A stretch of 64,000 nucleotides of DNA from the human T2T-CHM13v2.0 reference genome, Homo sapiens: assembly GCF_009914755.1 (NCBI RefSeq), contig NC_060947.1; one strand, given 5' to 3'. Position numbers and translations under genes: made by a program. Of this stretch, positions 1 to 13,660 are shown in pieces (the first letter of the stretch is position 1; each line of letters starts with the position of its first letter). A model generated the notes under the pieces. The model did no database searches. It was not told the DNA's origin and was given only the letters and a program-made list of their open reading frames with translations.

Positions 1-18
1 GAGATCCGCCCCACTTAC

Positions 19-250
19 CAGTAATTTACTTTAACGCCTCGAAAGCATGATTTGGTTTACGGAATTGCAGCAAATAAAAGAAAATCAAGTCTCCTTGAGA
101 CACTGTCCTCCTCCTCCCTAGGACGCACATTCACACGGAACACTCTCCTTTCGCTCTCAACCCCGAACACGCTCTGGACTATCCCAAGAGGGTCTTTGGG
201 GACCCGCCAGAGATCGATACTGCTCCCACGTGCCTCCATTAAACCCTTGT
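19..250 (-). other. Candidate non-coding first/5'UTR exon (5' boundary uncertain)
   Basis: Minus strand reads TTACTG|GTAAGT, a consensus donor at 18-13, at the CpG-island edge. The nearest ATG opens only ATG CTT TCG AGG CGT TAA. Confidence 0.45.
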
Positions 251-289
251 CCAAACATGCACAAGGCGCCAAGGGCATGTGCAGTATCA

Positions 290-1400
290 GCCCTCAGAGT
301 AAGTTCAGCAAACCCATTCCCTACCCCCGAAAGCGCGAGGGAGCACCCTGACGCAAGCGCCGGCCCCGGCAGACAATACTCAAGCAACTCCAGCCTTCCG
401 CGCACACGCCCCGACCGGTCCAGCCACCACTCTCTCCTCCCATGGTCCCTACAGTCTTCGGGCCGGGAGCAGGGGGCGTCCTGATGGTTGCTGGGTGTGG
501 ACTGTGAAGAGAAGGGCAACCTGCACACGCCACCGATACTGCGGGGCGGGTAGGAGATCGCAGTTTTCCAAAGCCCCACCGGTGTGCCCAGCTCCTCAGA
601 AGGGGTGGGGTGGGGACAGTGGAACCGAGGGAGTGAACCCTAAGGGAGGCAGCTTTTCTGCACCTCTTTCCCACCTACCACAGCGCGCGCGCAGAAGCGC
701 GCCCACCACGGGGCCGTGCACCTTCCTTCTGCCCCTGGACCTACCCAGCCCTCGCCCCCAAGCGCAGTGGCCTGGAAGAGCGGGCGTCCGGCCCGCGGTG
801 GCCGGGGGAGCCGGCAGAGCGCCGCGCTCGGGGGTGCCCACCTGCGCGCAGGGTCGTCGCTGCTGCCGGTGCACCCGCCGCTGTTGCAGTCTCCAGCTGC
901 AGGAGGAAGAGGCGCGGCGGCTGAGCCCCCGGACTCCACGCGCCTACTCGCGCCCCGGAGCGGTGGTCCTCATTTCCCTTCGTCCCGGCTGGCGAGCCAC
1001 CCACCTCGCCCGCAGGTTCTGCCAGTCCCGCGGCCCGCCAGAGCCCAAGCTATCCTCTCCGCCCCTTTCCCGCCGCCCCGCGCTGCGCTGCGCTCCGCCC
1101 CCTGCCCGCCCATCCCCGCCGGGGCCCAGCCGGGGGCTGCGGGCGCCGCGCCTCGTGCCGCAGATTTCGGGTTCTTGGGTCTGTGGCGGTAGAAAGGGGA
1201 TGGGGGGGACCAGGGGTGCGGCCCTGGGGTCCGCCCCCAACCCCGCTCTCCCAACCGGTTCCCCACTCCTGGGGCCCGCGGCGGCCGCCCGCGGCTAAGG
1301 GTGTGGGAACCGTGCACTCTGCCCCCGCTCTTCCGGCGTCTCCCCGCATGGCACCTTCCGTGGCCCAGAGGGTGCCTCGTGTCTTAGGGGGAGGGGGGTT
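290..1400. promoter_or_regulatory. CpG island / probable promoter of a minus-strand gene
   Basis: Very GC- and CpG-dense sequence that switches to AT-rich DNA after ~1600. CCGCCC GC boxes at 1059, 1073, 1095, 1106 and 1231. No TATA box seen. Confidence 0.9.
842..1000 (-). other. Candidate alternative non-coding first exon (5' boundary uncertain)
   Basis: Minus strand reads GCGCAG|GTGGGC (donor at 841-836), just downstream of the GC-box cluster at 1059-1111. Confidence 0.35.
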
Positions 1401-4375
1401 GGTGAAGCAAGGTGGAGTGAGCCTGAGAGTGGAAGCGAAGAAATTACCATGTGAATTGCCAGGGGATGCAAGTTGCTGCCTGTGCCCTGTTTCTTCTACA
1501 TTAACTACCTGGATGTGCTGCTTCCCTTGCTACAACCGCAGTAATATTCAGAAGCTTGAATATAAGATTTCCAAGTTAATTGGCTGTAGGGTGGTTGGGT
1601 TTTTTTTTTTTTAATGTAATGATGGCAGAAGACAACAGATTCACTCTTTTTAAAAAGTTACTTTACATATATGTACAATATATAAAGCCATATTTCTAAT
1701 TTAAAAAATAGCAAAATGTAAATAACAGAACAGCTGTGTTTTACAGAAACAAATCCAGTGTGTATGTGTTATTTAAACCCACGGTAATTATATTAATTGG
1801 TTCGTTTTAAAGTGTATTTTAGGTATTTCTTAAAACGGACTCAGAATTTAGGGATTAGGAACCCCTGAGTTTTAATTTGGCTTTTTGTCATAGTTCTAAA
1901 ATGTCAATTTCATGGAAATTACTAAATGAGGTTGTTTAGAAAAATGGGTTCTTTTTCTTCCAGGTTGGCAGCATTTTCAGATCTGGCAAAGGACAGAATT
2001 TTTTTTAAAGCCAAGAGATAATAAAATTCTCATTCATTTTCTGATGAGGGAATATCTGGTCTGGTAGCTTTTTCTTTGTTTCTCTCTTTGAGGCAAACTT
2101 CTTTTCTGTTTCTTCTTACACGTTTTTCTTCCAAAATTTCTCCTAAGTATAGGCAAAGTTATGGAAGCCGTGATTTTTGAGCCTTTGTTTTCTTAAAAGA
2201 GATGGAAAATTAATTATAATTCATTATCAATATCTATCCCAGGCTCATGATACTACATTTCACATTGATTAACCCTGTTTTTCAACTCTGCTTTTAGTAA
2301 TTTCACCTACCACTTGAGAACCAAGAGTTTTTTAAGTTTCATCCTTATAAGAATGAAAGGCACACTTTAATTAACATTTTGAACCAAAATTAAATTCATT
2401 AAATTCACTAATGGAAAGTACGTTAGTACAGTATGTGTTGCTGGGTAAATGAGGACAATGTGGATGATAAACAGTTCTGAAGAAAAGACTCTGAAGCAAA
2501 GAAAACAATCCTTAGAAAAACTGATGATCCCCTTTTCAAGGAAAGGATGACAAATGCCAGTAATTATGCAAAGAATGACTCCTGCCTCTCTTTGCTTTGG
2601 TTTTGTGGCTAGGCCTGCATTTATCTCTCTTGATCATCATAATAAAAGTAAAGTAATTCAGCATTCCGGTGACACTGCTTAGTAAATTAGCAATTTGAAA
2701 ATGCTTTTATTACCTAATTAATCCAAGCAAATGCCTTCGATAAATCCAGTTTTACTCTTAACATTTTTTGTGCCTCCAGAGAAACACTTGCATGAAATAA
2801 AAACAGCTAAGGCAAGCTCTAAAACAATTGCTAGCCAGATTCCTTGGGTGTGTGAGTGCAGCAATAGAGTTGATATTAAGTGACCTTTGGGTCTTAAATT
2901 ATATATCAGATATTGGTTCTGAGTTGCTCACTGGCATCTTCTTGAGTGAGTTTCTGTGTGTTTGCTTTGCCGTTTATTCCCCAGAAGCATGCTTCATTTC
3001 TTCCTTTCTGCCTTACTGAATCTACCTTAGTCTAAATTATGTTCATTGAACTCTCACCAAAAAATCAGACCCTAATCCATAGCCCACTTGACAATCATCT
3101 TTGTCCTTCAAGTTTAGTCTCTTTTGAGGTCTTTGGTAAGAATCCAGCATGATTAAACATCCAAAATTGGAAAGAGTACTTCATTAGGCATGGTTCTAAC
3201 TAAGAGATAACAACCAGATTTCTCAAAACAAAAGGGTGTGCCATTTGAATAAAAAGAAGAAAGAAATAAAAACAGCAAATCCATTTTGTTCAGGTCAAAA
3301 CTAAGCCAACAAAATCACAATTGAAATCCTTTCTAAGCCTGAATTGTGCTACGAGATATGTAAAAAGTACAATTAAAATACACTACAAATCCTTTGCTCC
3401 ACTGACCAAACACCATTATGCTTCACATTTCCCTTTTAGTTCCCGTGCTATTGAGTTTTTTTCACTGATCTTTAAATAAGAAAGTGCTCTGGACACTCCC
3501 ATTATCCCCAAGGAATTCTGTGTCACCCTCCATTTGGTTTCAAAAGTTCTCTTGAAATGTCTGTGACATTGATGAGGACAGATCTGAACATCCCATGTAG
3601 ACCTGTGGAAAGGGAGCTCCATGACTAGTCTACATTCAAGACAGTGGGATTAAAACAAAACATGAGTTTTGTTCTAGCAGTTTAATCCAATTGGCATCTC
3701 CCATTCTGATGCTCACTGCAGCGAAAGGTTTTATAATGTGTGTTTTTCCCTCTTGAGAAATTTTCTCTTGATAATTATTTTAATAATTTTTTGTTCGTTT
3801 ACTCTTTGAGTTGTGAGCCTGAACATAATGCACAGTCTTCTCTCTTTTCTTTCCTGTGATAACTGATAATTGATTTAAGGGGAAAAGGGACACAATGAGA
3901 CAACACTTTTGCCAGTTTTTTCTTCTGGCTCTAAGAAAAGCATGAATTAGCTTTCTTTACTTTGGTTGATTGGATTGAGTGGCATCATTGATTCAAATTT
4001 GCAGAATGTCAGTTGCTTTAATTGATCTCCTCGTGTTAGGGAAATACATCACTAGTTATCTCACAAGACAATGAAGATAGAGACAATACTACCCATATAA
4101 TGCTCAGATTGAAATGTTGATGATCTAAGTTACTTAAAAATATGTGTGTGTATATGTGGGTGTGTATATGTATAATTCAAAGCTAAATATAAACCTGATT
4201 ACTTGTAATAGATTCTTCAGTTACAAAACCTTTGGTAAGCTCTCTCATGTTTTTGGAGTATGTGATAAACTGAAGAATACCTCACTACCTTACTCACAGG
4301 AAAGTACTTTTTTTCTGATCCAGATCTCCACATAAATTCCCAACATCAACTATTTAACCGTATCATCTCATGGTT

Positions 4376-4500
4376 AAAAAAAGAAAAAAGAAGAAGATGA
4401 TGATGAAAGAAAAGAAGAAAGAATGAAAGAAAAAGCAGGAAAGAAGAGAGAGAGAGAGAAAGAGGGGGAGGAGGGGGAGGAAGAAAAAGATAAAGAGGAA
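4376..4500. repeat. GA-rich low-complexity tract
   Basis: Almost purine-only runs (GAA, GAGA, GGAG). Confidence 0.9.
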
Positions 4501-4515
4501 CAGAGTAAAGACTGT

Positions 4516-4770
4516 GGCCAAGCACAGTAGCTCACAGCTGTACTTCCAGCACTTTGGGAGGCCGAGGGGGGTGGATCACTTGAGCTCAGGAGTTCGAGAT
4601 CAGCCTGGGCAACATGGCGAAACCCCATATCTACAAAAAAATACAAAAAGCCAGGCGAGGCTGAGGCAGGAGAATCGCATAAACCCGGGAGGCGGAGTTT
4701 TCAGTGAGCGGAGACTGAGCCACCGCACTCCAGCCTGGGTGGTAGAGTGAGATTCTGTCTCAAAAAACAA
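4516..4770 (+). mobile_element. Alu with ~34-bp internal deletion in the right arm
   Basis: Alu consensus. TSD AGAGTAAAGAC(T/A)GT at 4502-4515 and 4771-4784. Deletion junction at 4656/4657. Confidence 0.95.
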
Positions 4771-4951
4771 AGAGTAAAGACAGTATGGTAGGGTGAATAC
4801 GTGTATGACAGGTTAGCACAACTGATAAGCACATCGGGTTAGTAAGATAATGGTTTTCTCTCCCCGTGGACCATTTTGCTTTGTTTTGCTTCATGGCTAT
4901 CAATCAAAGCCCTATTCCTAGACATGAACAAATGTAGTCCTAGTCACCAGA

Positions 4952-5134
4952 TACGGTGGCTGGAATTGTGTCCCCCAAAAAGATATGTCGAAGTTGTACA
5001 CCTGTGACCTGTGAAAGTGACCTTATTTGGAAAGAGGGTCACTGCAGATATAATTACGATGTAAATTAAGATTAGGTCATACTGGAATAGAGTGAGCCCT
5101 TAATCCAATATGACTGGTATCCTTACAAGAAAAT

Positions 5135-5177
<43 letters not shown>

Positions 5178-5419
5178 GGAAATGGTCATTTAAAAATGAA
5201 GGCAGAGATTGGAATTATGCTGCTACAAGCAAGGAACAGCTGAGAGTACCAGAAGCTGGAAGAGACAAGAAAGTGTCCTCCCCTAGAGGAACTGGAGGGG
5301 GCATGGACCTGCCAACACTTCGATTTTGGACTTCTGGCCTCCAAAACTGGAAAACAATAAATATCAGTTGTCTTCAACCATCCAGTTTGTGGGACTTTGT
5401 AGCCCTAGAAACCAATACA
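4952..5419 (+). mobile_element. MaLR solo LTR (MLT1B/C-like) containing (CA)n at 5136-5174
   Basis: GTGACCTTATTTGGAAA, GACTTCTGGCCTCCAAAACTG, AATAAA and terminal AATACA, typical of MLT1. Confidence 0.85.
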
Positions 5420-5520
5420 CCAGGAATTCATCACGAACTTTTAGTGATGCCAGCCCATCATTTTCTGTACCCAACCCAGAGTAAATGTTCAAGTGTAAAG
5501 TGTTTAAGAATGATAAGCAG

Positions 5521-5833
<313 letters not shown>

Positions 5834-5944
5834 CTACATGAAGGACAACAGCAGGGTAGAATCATCCAGGAATTAGAAAGAATCTTGAGAATTCACCTAA
5901 TCCAATAAATGGCTCCTCCAAAATATGACTCTGCTACAATTTAG

Positions 5945-6269
<325 letters not shown>

Positions 6270-6604
6270 GAGTAACAGAATCTTAACATGTTAAAAGAAT
6301 CTTGGAGATTTTTCTCTTTTTTTGAGATTATGTGATACCTAGGTGGTATGACTTTTAAAAATGCAGGATGGGGTCCTCTGCACATATTGTGCCCCTCAAT
6401 ACTCAATCATGCTCCATTGATTCAATTTCACCTCTAGTTCTTGGCTTGTAATAGCTTCCTCCCTTTAAGCCTTGAAAGCTTTTGGTCTTCAATAGTCCCA
6501 AATTAAAATATAAATGAGTCTGGAAGATTTCCCAGCCTGAACTCAAACCAGTTCTCAACTTGACTGCTTATCAGTACATGGTTGTATTCCCCTATTGTCT
6601 AGTA

Positions 6605-6940
6605 CAGTGGTCCCCAACGTTTTTGGCACCAGGGACGGGTTTTGTGGAAGACAATTTTTCTGCGGACTGGGGGATAGTGGTGGGGGAATGATTTTGCAAT
6701 GAAGCTGTTCCACCTCAGATCATCAGGCATTAGTTAGATTATCATAAGGGGTGCACAACCTGGATCCCTCCCATGCACAGTTCACAACAGGGTTCATGCT
6801 CCTATGGGAATCTAATGCAACTGCTGATCTGACATGAGGCGGAGCTCAGGCGGTAATGCTCGCTTGCCCAAAGCTCACCTCCTGCTGTGCGGCCTTCAAG
6901 GACTGGTACCAGTCCTCAGCCAGGGGTTGGGGACCCCCTG
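6605..6940 (+). mobile_element. MER1B hAT-Charlie DNA transposon
   Basis: TIRs CAGTGGTCCCCAAC and GTTGGGGACCCCCTG. Degenerate 8-bp TSD GTCTAGTA/GTTTAGAA. Internal sequence matches recalled MER1B. Confidence 0.9.
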
Positions 6941-7069
6941 GTTTAGAAGAACGCTGAGCTCATAGAGTATCCTCCATAAATATCTGCCAAGTTAACAGAG
7001 AAGCAGAGTTTAGCATGAACTCAGAGAAGTAGAGGTTAGCATGAATTAGATGCAGGATTGGGTATGATA

Positions 7070-7421
7070 GTGTCTCAGTCCATTCACCCTGCTATCACAA
7101 AATACCTGAAACTGGGTAATGTGTAAAAACAGAAATTTATTTCTAACAGTTTTGGAGGCTGGGAAGTCCAAGATCAAGGTGCTGGCAGATTTGGTGCCTG
7201 GTGAGGGCCTTTCCTTATACAGGGCATTCTTGCTGTGTCCTCACATGGCAGAAGGCAGAAGGGCAAAAGGACCTCGCTAGTTCCCTCTAGCCCTTTTACT
7301 GTAAGTGCCAATCCATCCATGAGAGCAGAGCCCTCATGGCCTGATCACCTGTTAATACTGTTGCATTGAAGATTAAGTTTCAACATGAATTTTGAAAGGC
7401 ACAAACATTCAAACCATAGCA
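7070..7421 (-). mobile_element. MaLR solo LTR (MSTD/MSTC-like)
   Basis: Minus strand begins TGCTATGGTTTGAATG. Contains GGAGGCTGGGAAGTCCAAGATCAAGGTG on the plus strand. Confidence 0.85.
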
Positions 7422-8274
7422 TGTGGGTAGAGGAGAAACGAAGAAGAGGAAGAAAAGGAGAGCCCGAGACACATTTACTCTCAGAGCTTTATATAGAAGT
7501 CTACATAAAGTCCCACCTGACTCTGATTGTAATATGGACTGTAACATAGGAGTAAAAAGTCATCTGGGAGCTTTATTCACTTTACTCCTCCCCGTCTAGT
7601 CATCAATTATGGTCATAAGGGGTGGTGCAGGAGGGGCAAGAAGGAGCTTTCATCCTCTCTAAAAACCTCCACCAACTCTCTCACTCCCTCTCCAGCCATC
7701 CACCTAGAATACACAAGCTGAATAAATATAATGCGTTTGGTATACAAATGCAACTTTGAGCAAGTTGTAACCAGCATGACTCTCCATCCCAGCTTCTACT
7801 TCCAAATTCTAATCAGAGGCAACCCCTATGCCCTTCCTTAATACACATGCTGGAGCTGCCACTGCTAGTGGGAACTCATTTTCAAATGTATGCCTGGGAC
7901 AGACCCCAGCGTAAACCCACCAACATCAGAAATCCGCCCCCTGTGTTTATTATCCATAAAAGAGAAGCAAATACTTTTGAGAGAAGACTGCATCACTTGA
8001 AGATGAATAGAGTGGTTCTTCAGTCAGAAGTGCTAGGAGAAATAAATAGGAAAGTGTCAATTCTCTGAAGAAAGGAGAGCTGGAGTACTTCTCCATATGT
8101 CTATTGTTAGATCTTGATATCTAGACTCTAAAAACTTTTGAAAATGTTTGAAACAGGAGCTTCACTGGATTTATTCTCTCATGAATACGTGCAGAAGTAT
8201 TCCAGCTATAGCCAACAAATTGAATCATGGTGTTACAATAGAATGAAAATAAAGTTTACATTCAATTTTTTTTA

Positions 8275-8592
<318 letters not shown>

Positions 8593-8879
8593 AATGGGCC
8601 CATGAAGGGAAGTCAACAATTTAAAATGTAAGTGGTCTACTCATGGTATTTTTGTTATGATATCCTCAGTAAAGGATCACTCTTCTTTGTAATGCACATG
8701 AAGTCCATCAACCACTAAACCTACTCCATGGTATAAATAGGGCATCTGACTCCGTCTCTGGAGATGCTACCTAGCAGTTGAGTCACAGGGCACCAAACTT
8801 TCTCTGGCCCTCTGAGGTAGTGGTAGCCAATCCCAGCCAAAAATGAGAAAAAAACTTCCCCAGAATCCAAGGCCAGAGT

Positions 8880-9152
8880 CATTATTTAGATATTGCCTGA
8901 ACTGCAGCTCCCAACCCCCACCAACCTCCAAGCTCCAACAGCTCCATTTACTGCTTTATATTTCTCTGAAGCATCTTCTCCTATCAAACATTCTTTGTAT
9001 CTTTTTCATTTTTATTATCCACCTCTCCCCACTAGAATATACATTTCCTGAGAGCAGGGATTTTTGGCTATTTTGCTTAGGCTATGGCCTCAGCACCTAG
9101 GATAGCGTCTGCAATGTTGTAGGTGGTCGATAAATATTTGTTGAATGATTGA
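8880..9152 (+). mobile_element. L2 3' end
   Basis: CCACTAGAAT...GAGAGCAGGGA...ATAAATATTTGTTGAATGA, the L2 terminus. Confidence 0.75.
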
Positions 9153-9230
9153 TGCACACATTATAATTTCACATATTACACGAATAGGACTGAAAAAAGT
9201 TCTAAGTATTTGCCTATTTATTGGTAGGAA

Positions 9231-9368
9231 GGCCAGGCATGGTGACTCATGCCTGTAATCCCAGCACATTGGGAGGCCGAGGTGGGAGCATGGCTTGAGG
9301 CCAGGAGTTTGAGACCAGCCTGGGAAACATGGCAAGACTTCGTCTCTACAAAAAAAGAAAGAAAGAAC
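9231..9368 (+). mobile_element. Alu monomer (FLAM-like)
   Basis: Left monomer plus A-tail. TSD TTG(G/A)TAGGAA. Confidence 0.9.
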
Positions 9369-10284
9369 AATCTTGATAGGAAAGTCAATTCATATTTTGA
9401 CTGATTTTATATTATTGAAGCAAAGAATTGTTACTAATGAGAGATAGTGTACAATGTAGCCAAAAAGATTCATGATGAGCATTTTGTGTGCTTTTTGTCA
9501 TTGTCTCAATTTTTATTTGTGAATATATTAACAGATCCACCTGACAATTTCTGAATCATAGGACTTGTCTACTCAAGACCTTCCTTTTGCATAATTTGAG
9601 CTCTTCCCCTTGTTTTTGTGTAATAACTCAAGTGTTCCAATGACACAGATGAGGATGGGAGTCTTTGACTCAAAGAAATCCAGATTCAGCCAAGGCTATC
9701 TCCAGAGAGAGAGAACAATAAGAAAAGTCATCTTGGACTTTTCTATCTACTTTTCTCTCTAGCCTCTGTCCTGCAAGTCTCATTCACTCCTTTTAGTTTC
9801 TAGGGGTCAGAGACTTCTACTAGTAGATGGCTCACTTTGGTTCCAGACAAATGGCTCATTGCCTTGGCGTCTCACAGTTTCAAGTCCTCACTGGACACCC
9901 AGCTGAAAGGAAAACCTAAAGGTGGCTTCCCCTTTCTCACCTATGAGGGGCACACAAAGTAAATCAACCCCTTAGCCTGTTTATTTGAAGAACAGTGGAC
10001 CAGGAAAGAGGCAGTGCCCATCCCTGTTTCTCTAACCCAGGGTCCCAGGGCTGGATGTTGCAGTTGTGGTGGCAGACACTTCTCTCAGCAAGGCTCACAC
10101 TGCTTGTCTCCATTGAGACAGGGCAAGTGGGTGGGGTCAGAAGATCTTCTGGGAAGGCGGAGCCCAGCAGCTCTGGCAGGGTAACAGCTAGTCTTTTTAG
10201 AGGCTCCAGGTTCACTCATCAGCAGGAGGGTGTCTGCTGTTTACTGGCAAGCTTATCCAAGGCTTCTTTATTAGTGCACTTAAT

Positions 10285-10630
10285 TCAGTGCTTCTTAGAT
10301 TGAAATCATCTGGGAAGATTTAAAAAGTGCACTAATGTCCAGATCCATGGCTTGCTACATAATTTGTGGGCCCAGGGAAAAATAAAAATATGGGGCTGCT
10401 TGTTTAAAAATTACTAAGAATTTAAAGATGGCAGAGCTTTAAACCCAACATAGGGCTCTTCTAAGTGCTGCCTGGTACAACTGCACAGGTTGCCTGCCTG
10501 TAAAGCCCATCTTGCCGAGACTCCGCCCCCAGAAAGTCAGATTTTATTGATCTTGAGTAAAGTTCAGACATTGGAATTATTCTAAAGCTCCCCAAATATT
10601 TCTTATGTGTAGTTAGGATTAAGAACCTTG
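10285..10630. mobile_element. MER5-type element interrupted by MER45A (10346-10514)
   Basis: MER5-like halves (AATCATCTGGG; AAGCTCCCCAAATATTTCTTATGTG...AAGAACC) flank GCTACATAATTTGTGGGCCCAG...CTGCACAGGTTG, which matches recalled MER45A. Confidence 0.7.
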
Positions 10631-11261
10631 ATTCTAGCTCAGTGAATCATTAAATACAAAAGATTCTTACAATTACAATTGACACCTGCATACAAACTTA
10701 TCTCTAATTCAATAACTCAAAATCCTCACTCTGAAACATTTTCAGCTTACCCAGGGTGAAATCATCATGACAACATTCTTTAGAAAAATTTTCAACCCAT
10801 ACATAAGTTATAAGCTGTAGTCATGAATCACCTTTTGATTCCCTTTTTCAAAAACAAAAAAAGTCATGAAAATGGCATATTTTCTCATATAGAAAATTAA
10901 TATAATTTGAGGTGTTATTACTCATCGTCATTCACATTAAATTTGAAATAAAGCTAAACAAGAATATTGCTAAATGGAAATTTATTACCACATCAATAGA
11001 ATTCACAATGACACTTTAAAAATATTCAAAAGAATGTCAAACATCTTCCCCTGTGCTCTGCACTAAAGAATAAGAAGCAAATATGCACTATTCTGAGAAT
11101 TTCATCTAGGAGAAAGAATCTCCGGGAAAGGTCCATGGATAGTCCTCCACCCCAAGCCAGTCCCACTACTGCAAGTCTCTCTAGAGAATCTTTGCACCGT
11201 CTCCCATCCTTTGGAATCCTGAGGTCTTCCTCAGAAGCACATCTTTAAAAGCGCGCTCCTG

Positions 11262-11910
11262 ATGCTTTTACACTGTTGGTGGGAGTGTAAATTAGTTCGA
11301 CCATTGTGGAAGACAGTGTGGTGATTTCTGAAAGACCTAGAAACAGAAATACCATTTGACCTAGCAATCCCATTACTGGGTATATACCCAAAGTAATAGA
11401 AATCATTCTATTATAAAGATACATGCATGCATATGTTCATTACAGCACTATTCACAATAGCAAAGACATGGAATCAACCCAAATGCCCATCAGTGATAGA
11501 CTGGATAAAGAAAATGTGATACATATACACCGCGGAATACTATGCAGCCATACAAAGGAACGAGATCTGTCCTTTGCAGGGACATGGATGGAGCTGGAAG
11601 CCATTATCCTCAGCAAACTAATGCAGGAACAGAAAACCAAACACTGCATGTTTTCATCTATAAGTGGGAGCTGAACAATGAGAACACATGGACACATGGG
11701 GGGAACAACACACACTGAGGCCTGTCGGGGGTGGGGGCACAGGGGTAGGGAGAGCATCAGGAAGAACAGCTATTGGATGCTGGGCTTAATGCCTAGGTGA
11801 TGGGTTGATCTATGCAGCAAAACACCATAGCACATGTTTACCTGTGTAACAAACCTGCACATCCTGCACATGTACCCTGGAGTTTAAAACAAAAGTTTGA
11901 GAAAAAAAAA
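11262..11910 (+). mobile_element. 5'-truncated L1PA (ORF2 end + 3'UTR + poly-A)
   Basis: L1PA 3' consensus. TSD AAAAG(C/T)G(C/T)GCTCCTG at 11247-11261 and 11908-11922, at a TT/AAAA site. Confidence 0.96.
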
Positions 11911-12192
11911 AGTGTGCTCCTGCTGCCCTGGTTTATAAAAGCCATCACTGTACTTAAAAGAAAATCCAAAGCTGAAGCCCTCTCATCCTTCTCTACAGGC
12001 CCTGCATCCCTTGTTGAGACTCCATTTCTTCCCCGTTAAGGACTTGTGCTCTCAACACAGCTATGGAAACTACCAAGTACCACATCAGGGAAAATTTGTG
12101 ACCTTTCTGCACTCACAACTGGCTCTACTTCTCTTGGATCTTTCATGAGAAAACCTGATAATTCTTCGTGGAGTGACTCTTCAGATACAGAA

Positions 12193-12282
12193 AGGGTGGT
12201 GACCCACCTTTCCGGATTACCCAGGATCGGCTAACTTTCAGCACTGAAAATGCAGCATCCTAGGATACCGCTTGTCACCTTA
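12193..12282. mobile_element. MER81-like hAT-Blackjack MITE
   Basis: GGTGACC...GTCACCTTA termini and internal AGCACTGAAA. Confidence 0.55.
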
Positions 12283-12422
12283 GAAGCAAAGTGTCATTCA
12301 CAATCACTTCCAAAGCCTCCAGAACCTAAAAATATGCATAGGAGGAAAATTTTGCTTGTTTTCCCCTGGAATTTGGTTTAACTGTGTGTTAACCAATTGC
12401 AGATGTGCTTCTGAAAGGGCTC

Positions 12423-12902
12423 TGTAGCAGCTGCTGCTGGTGCTCTGGCCAGACCCCCTCCACTACTCTCCTTTATAGGTTCTGTGCACCCATCCCCCAA
12501 CTTCTGCAGGCTTGTCTCCTAACTGCTCACACCTGCAGCTTTCTTCAGAGAACTACCCTTGGGCTACCGGACCCACTTCACTGGACCTGCTGAGAGCTGG
12601 CAGGCTTATGTCCCTCCCCATCTCTCCCTCCACCACCCCCAATTCTGATCCTGGGCAGCCCATAAGCAATAACTAACAGGTAAAGAAGTGTGAAAGCTCC
12701 TTCTCCCTTGCCACAAGGGAAACAAACTCTGAGGTGTAATTTATACTTCCAAACTAAGTGCGGGATCAGCCTAAGGCTGGGACATCACTTGTCTTGCTTG
12801 CCCCACTCCCTTACTGGTTTCTCCTGAAGGTGCTTTTTTCATAAAAAGCTTCTATCTAAATCCTCATCTCAGCCTCTGCTCTGGGGAACCTGACCCAAGA
12901 CA
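12423..12902 (+). mobile_element. ERVL solo LTR (LTR16 family)
   Basis: Starts TGTAGCAG and ends TCTCAGCCTCTGCTCTGGGGAACCTGACCCAAGACA. Confidence 0.75.
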
Positions 12903-13349
12903 GGCTTGATTCTTTATACATAAAAATATAACAAACACTAATAAGCAAGGTGGGTCTTTGCTTAGTTGTCTGCCGGAGGAAAGGAGAGCTCTGTCTTTAC
13001 AAAGTCAAGGGATGATAAATGCATAATCAATCTTCATGCTACCAACAGAGAATATTCCTGAAAACCCCAAGTGAACTTGGGTAATTCTTTCACTCTCTCA
13101 TTGCATTTACCTTCATTACAGCAATTCTTTTATGGTGTTACAGTATTTTGTGTGTCCAGTCTTGTCATCTTGGCAGATTATAAGCCACTAAAAGGTAGTA
13201 ACAAAGCATTTTCTTCCTGAATCACAAGTCTTACACAAAATGGTGACTTATAGCGCAGAATGCATGCTTACATAATAGATAGAAACACCATTCAAAAATG
13301 TTTAGAACTTTTCCCCATTCTAGTAAATATCTATTAATATTTCATTGAT

Positions 13350-13648
<299 letters not shown>

Positions 13649-13660
13649 ATATTTCATTGA

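Noticed and set aside
1-1400. Naming the gene driven by the CpG island
   Set aside because: No coding exon lies in the window, so any symbol would be a guess.
52-1614. Overlapping ORFs up to 267 aa in the CpG island
   Set aside because: They are rich in P/R/G/A, occur on both strands and show no recognisable domain. This is expected from stop-codon scarcity in GC-rich DNA.
11423-11757. ORFs in L1 fragments (also 54807-55653)
   Set aside because: Degenerate L1 ORF2 C-terminus and 3'UTR from 5'-truncated, inactive copies.
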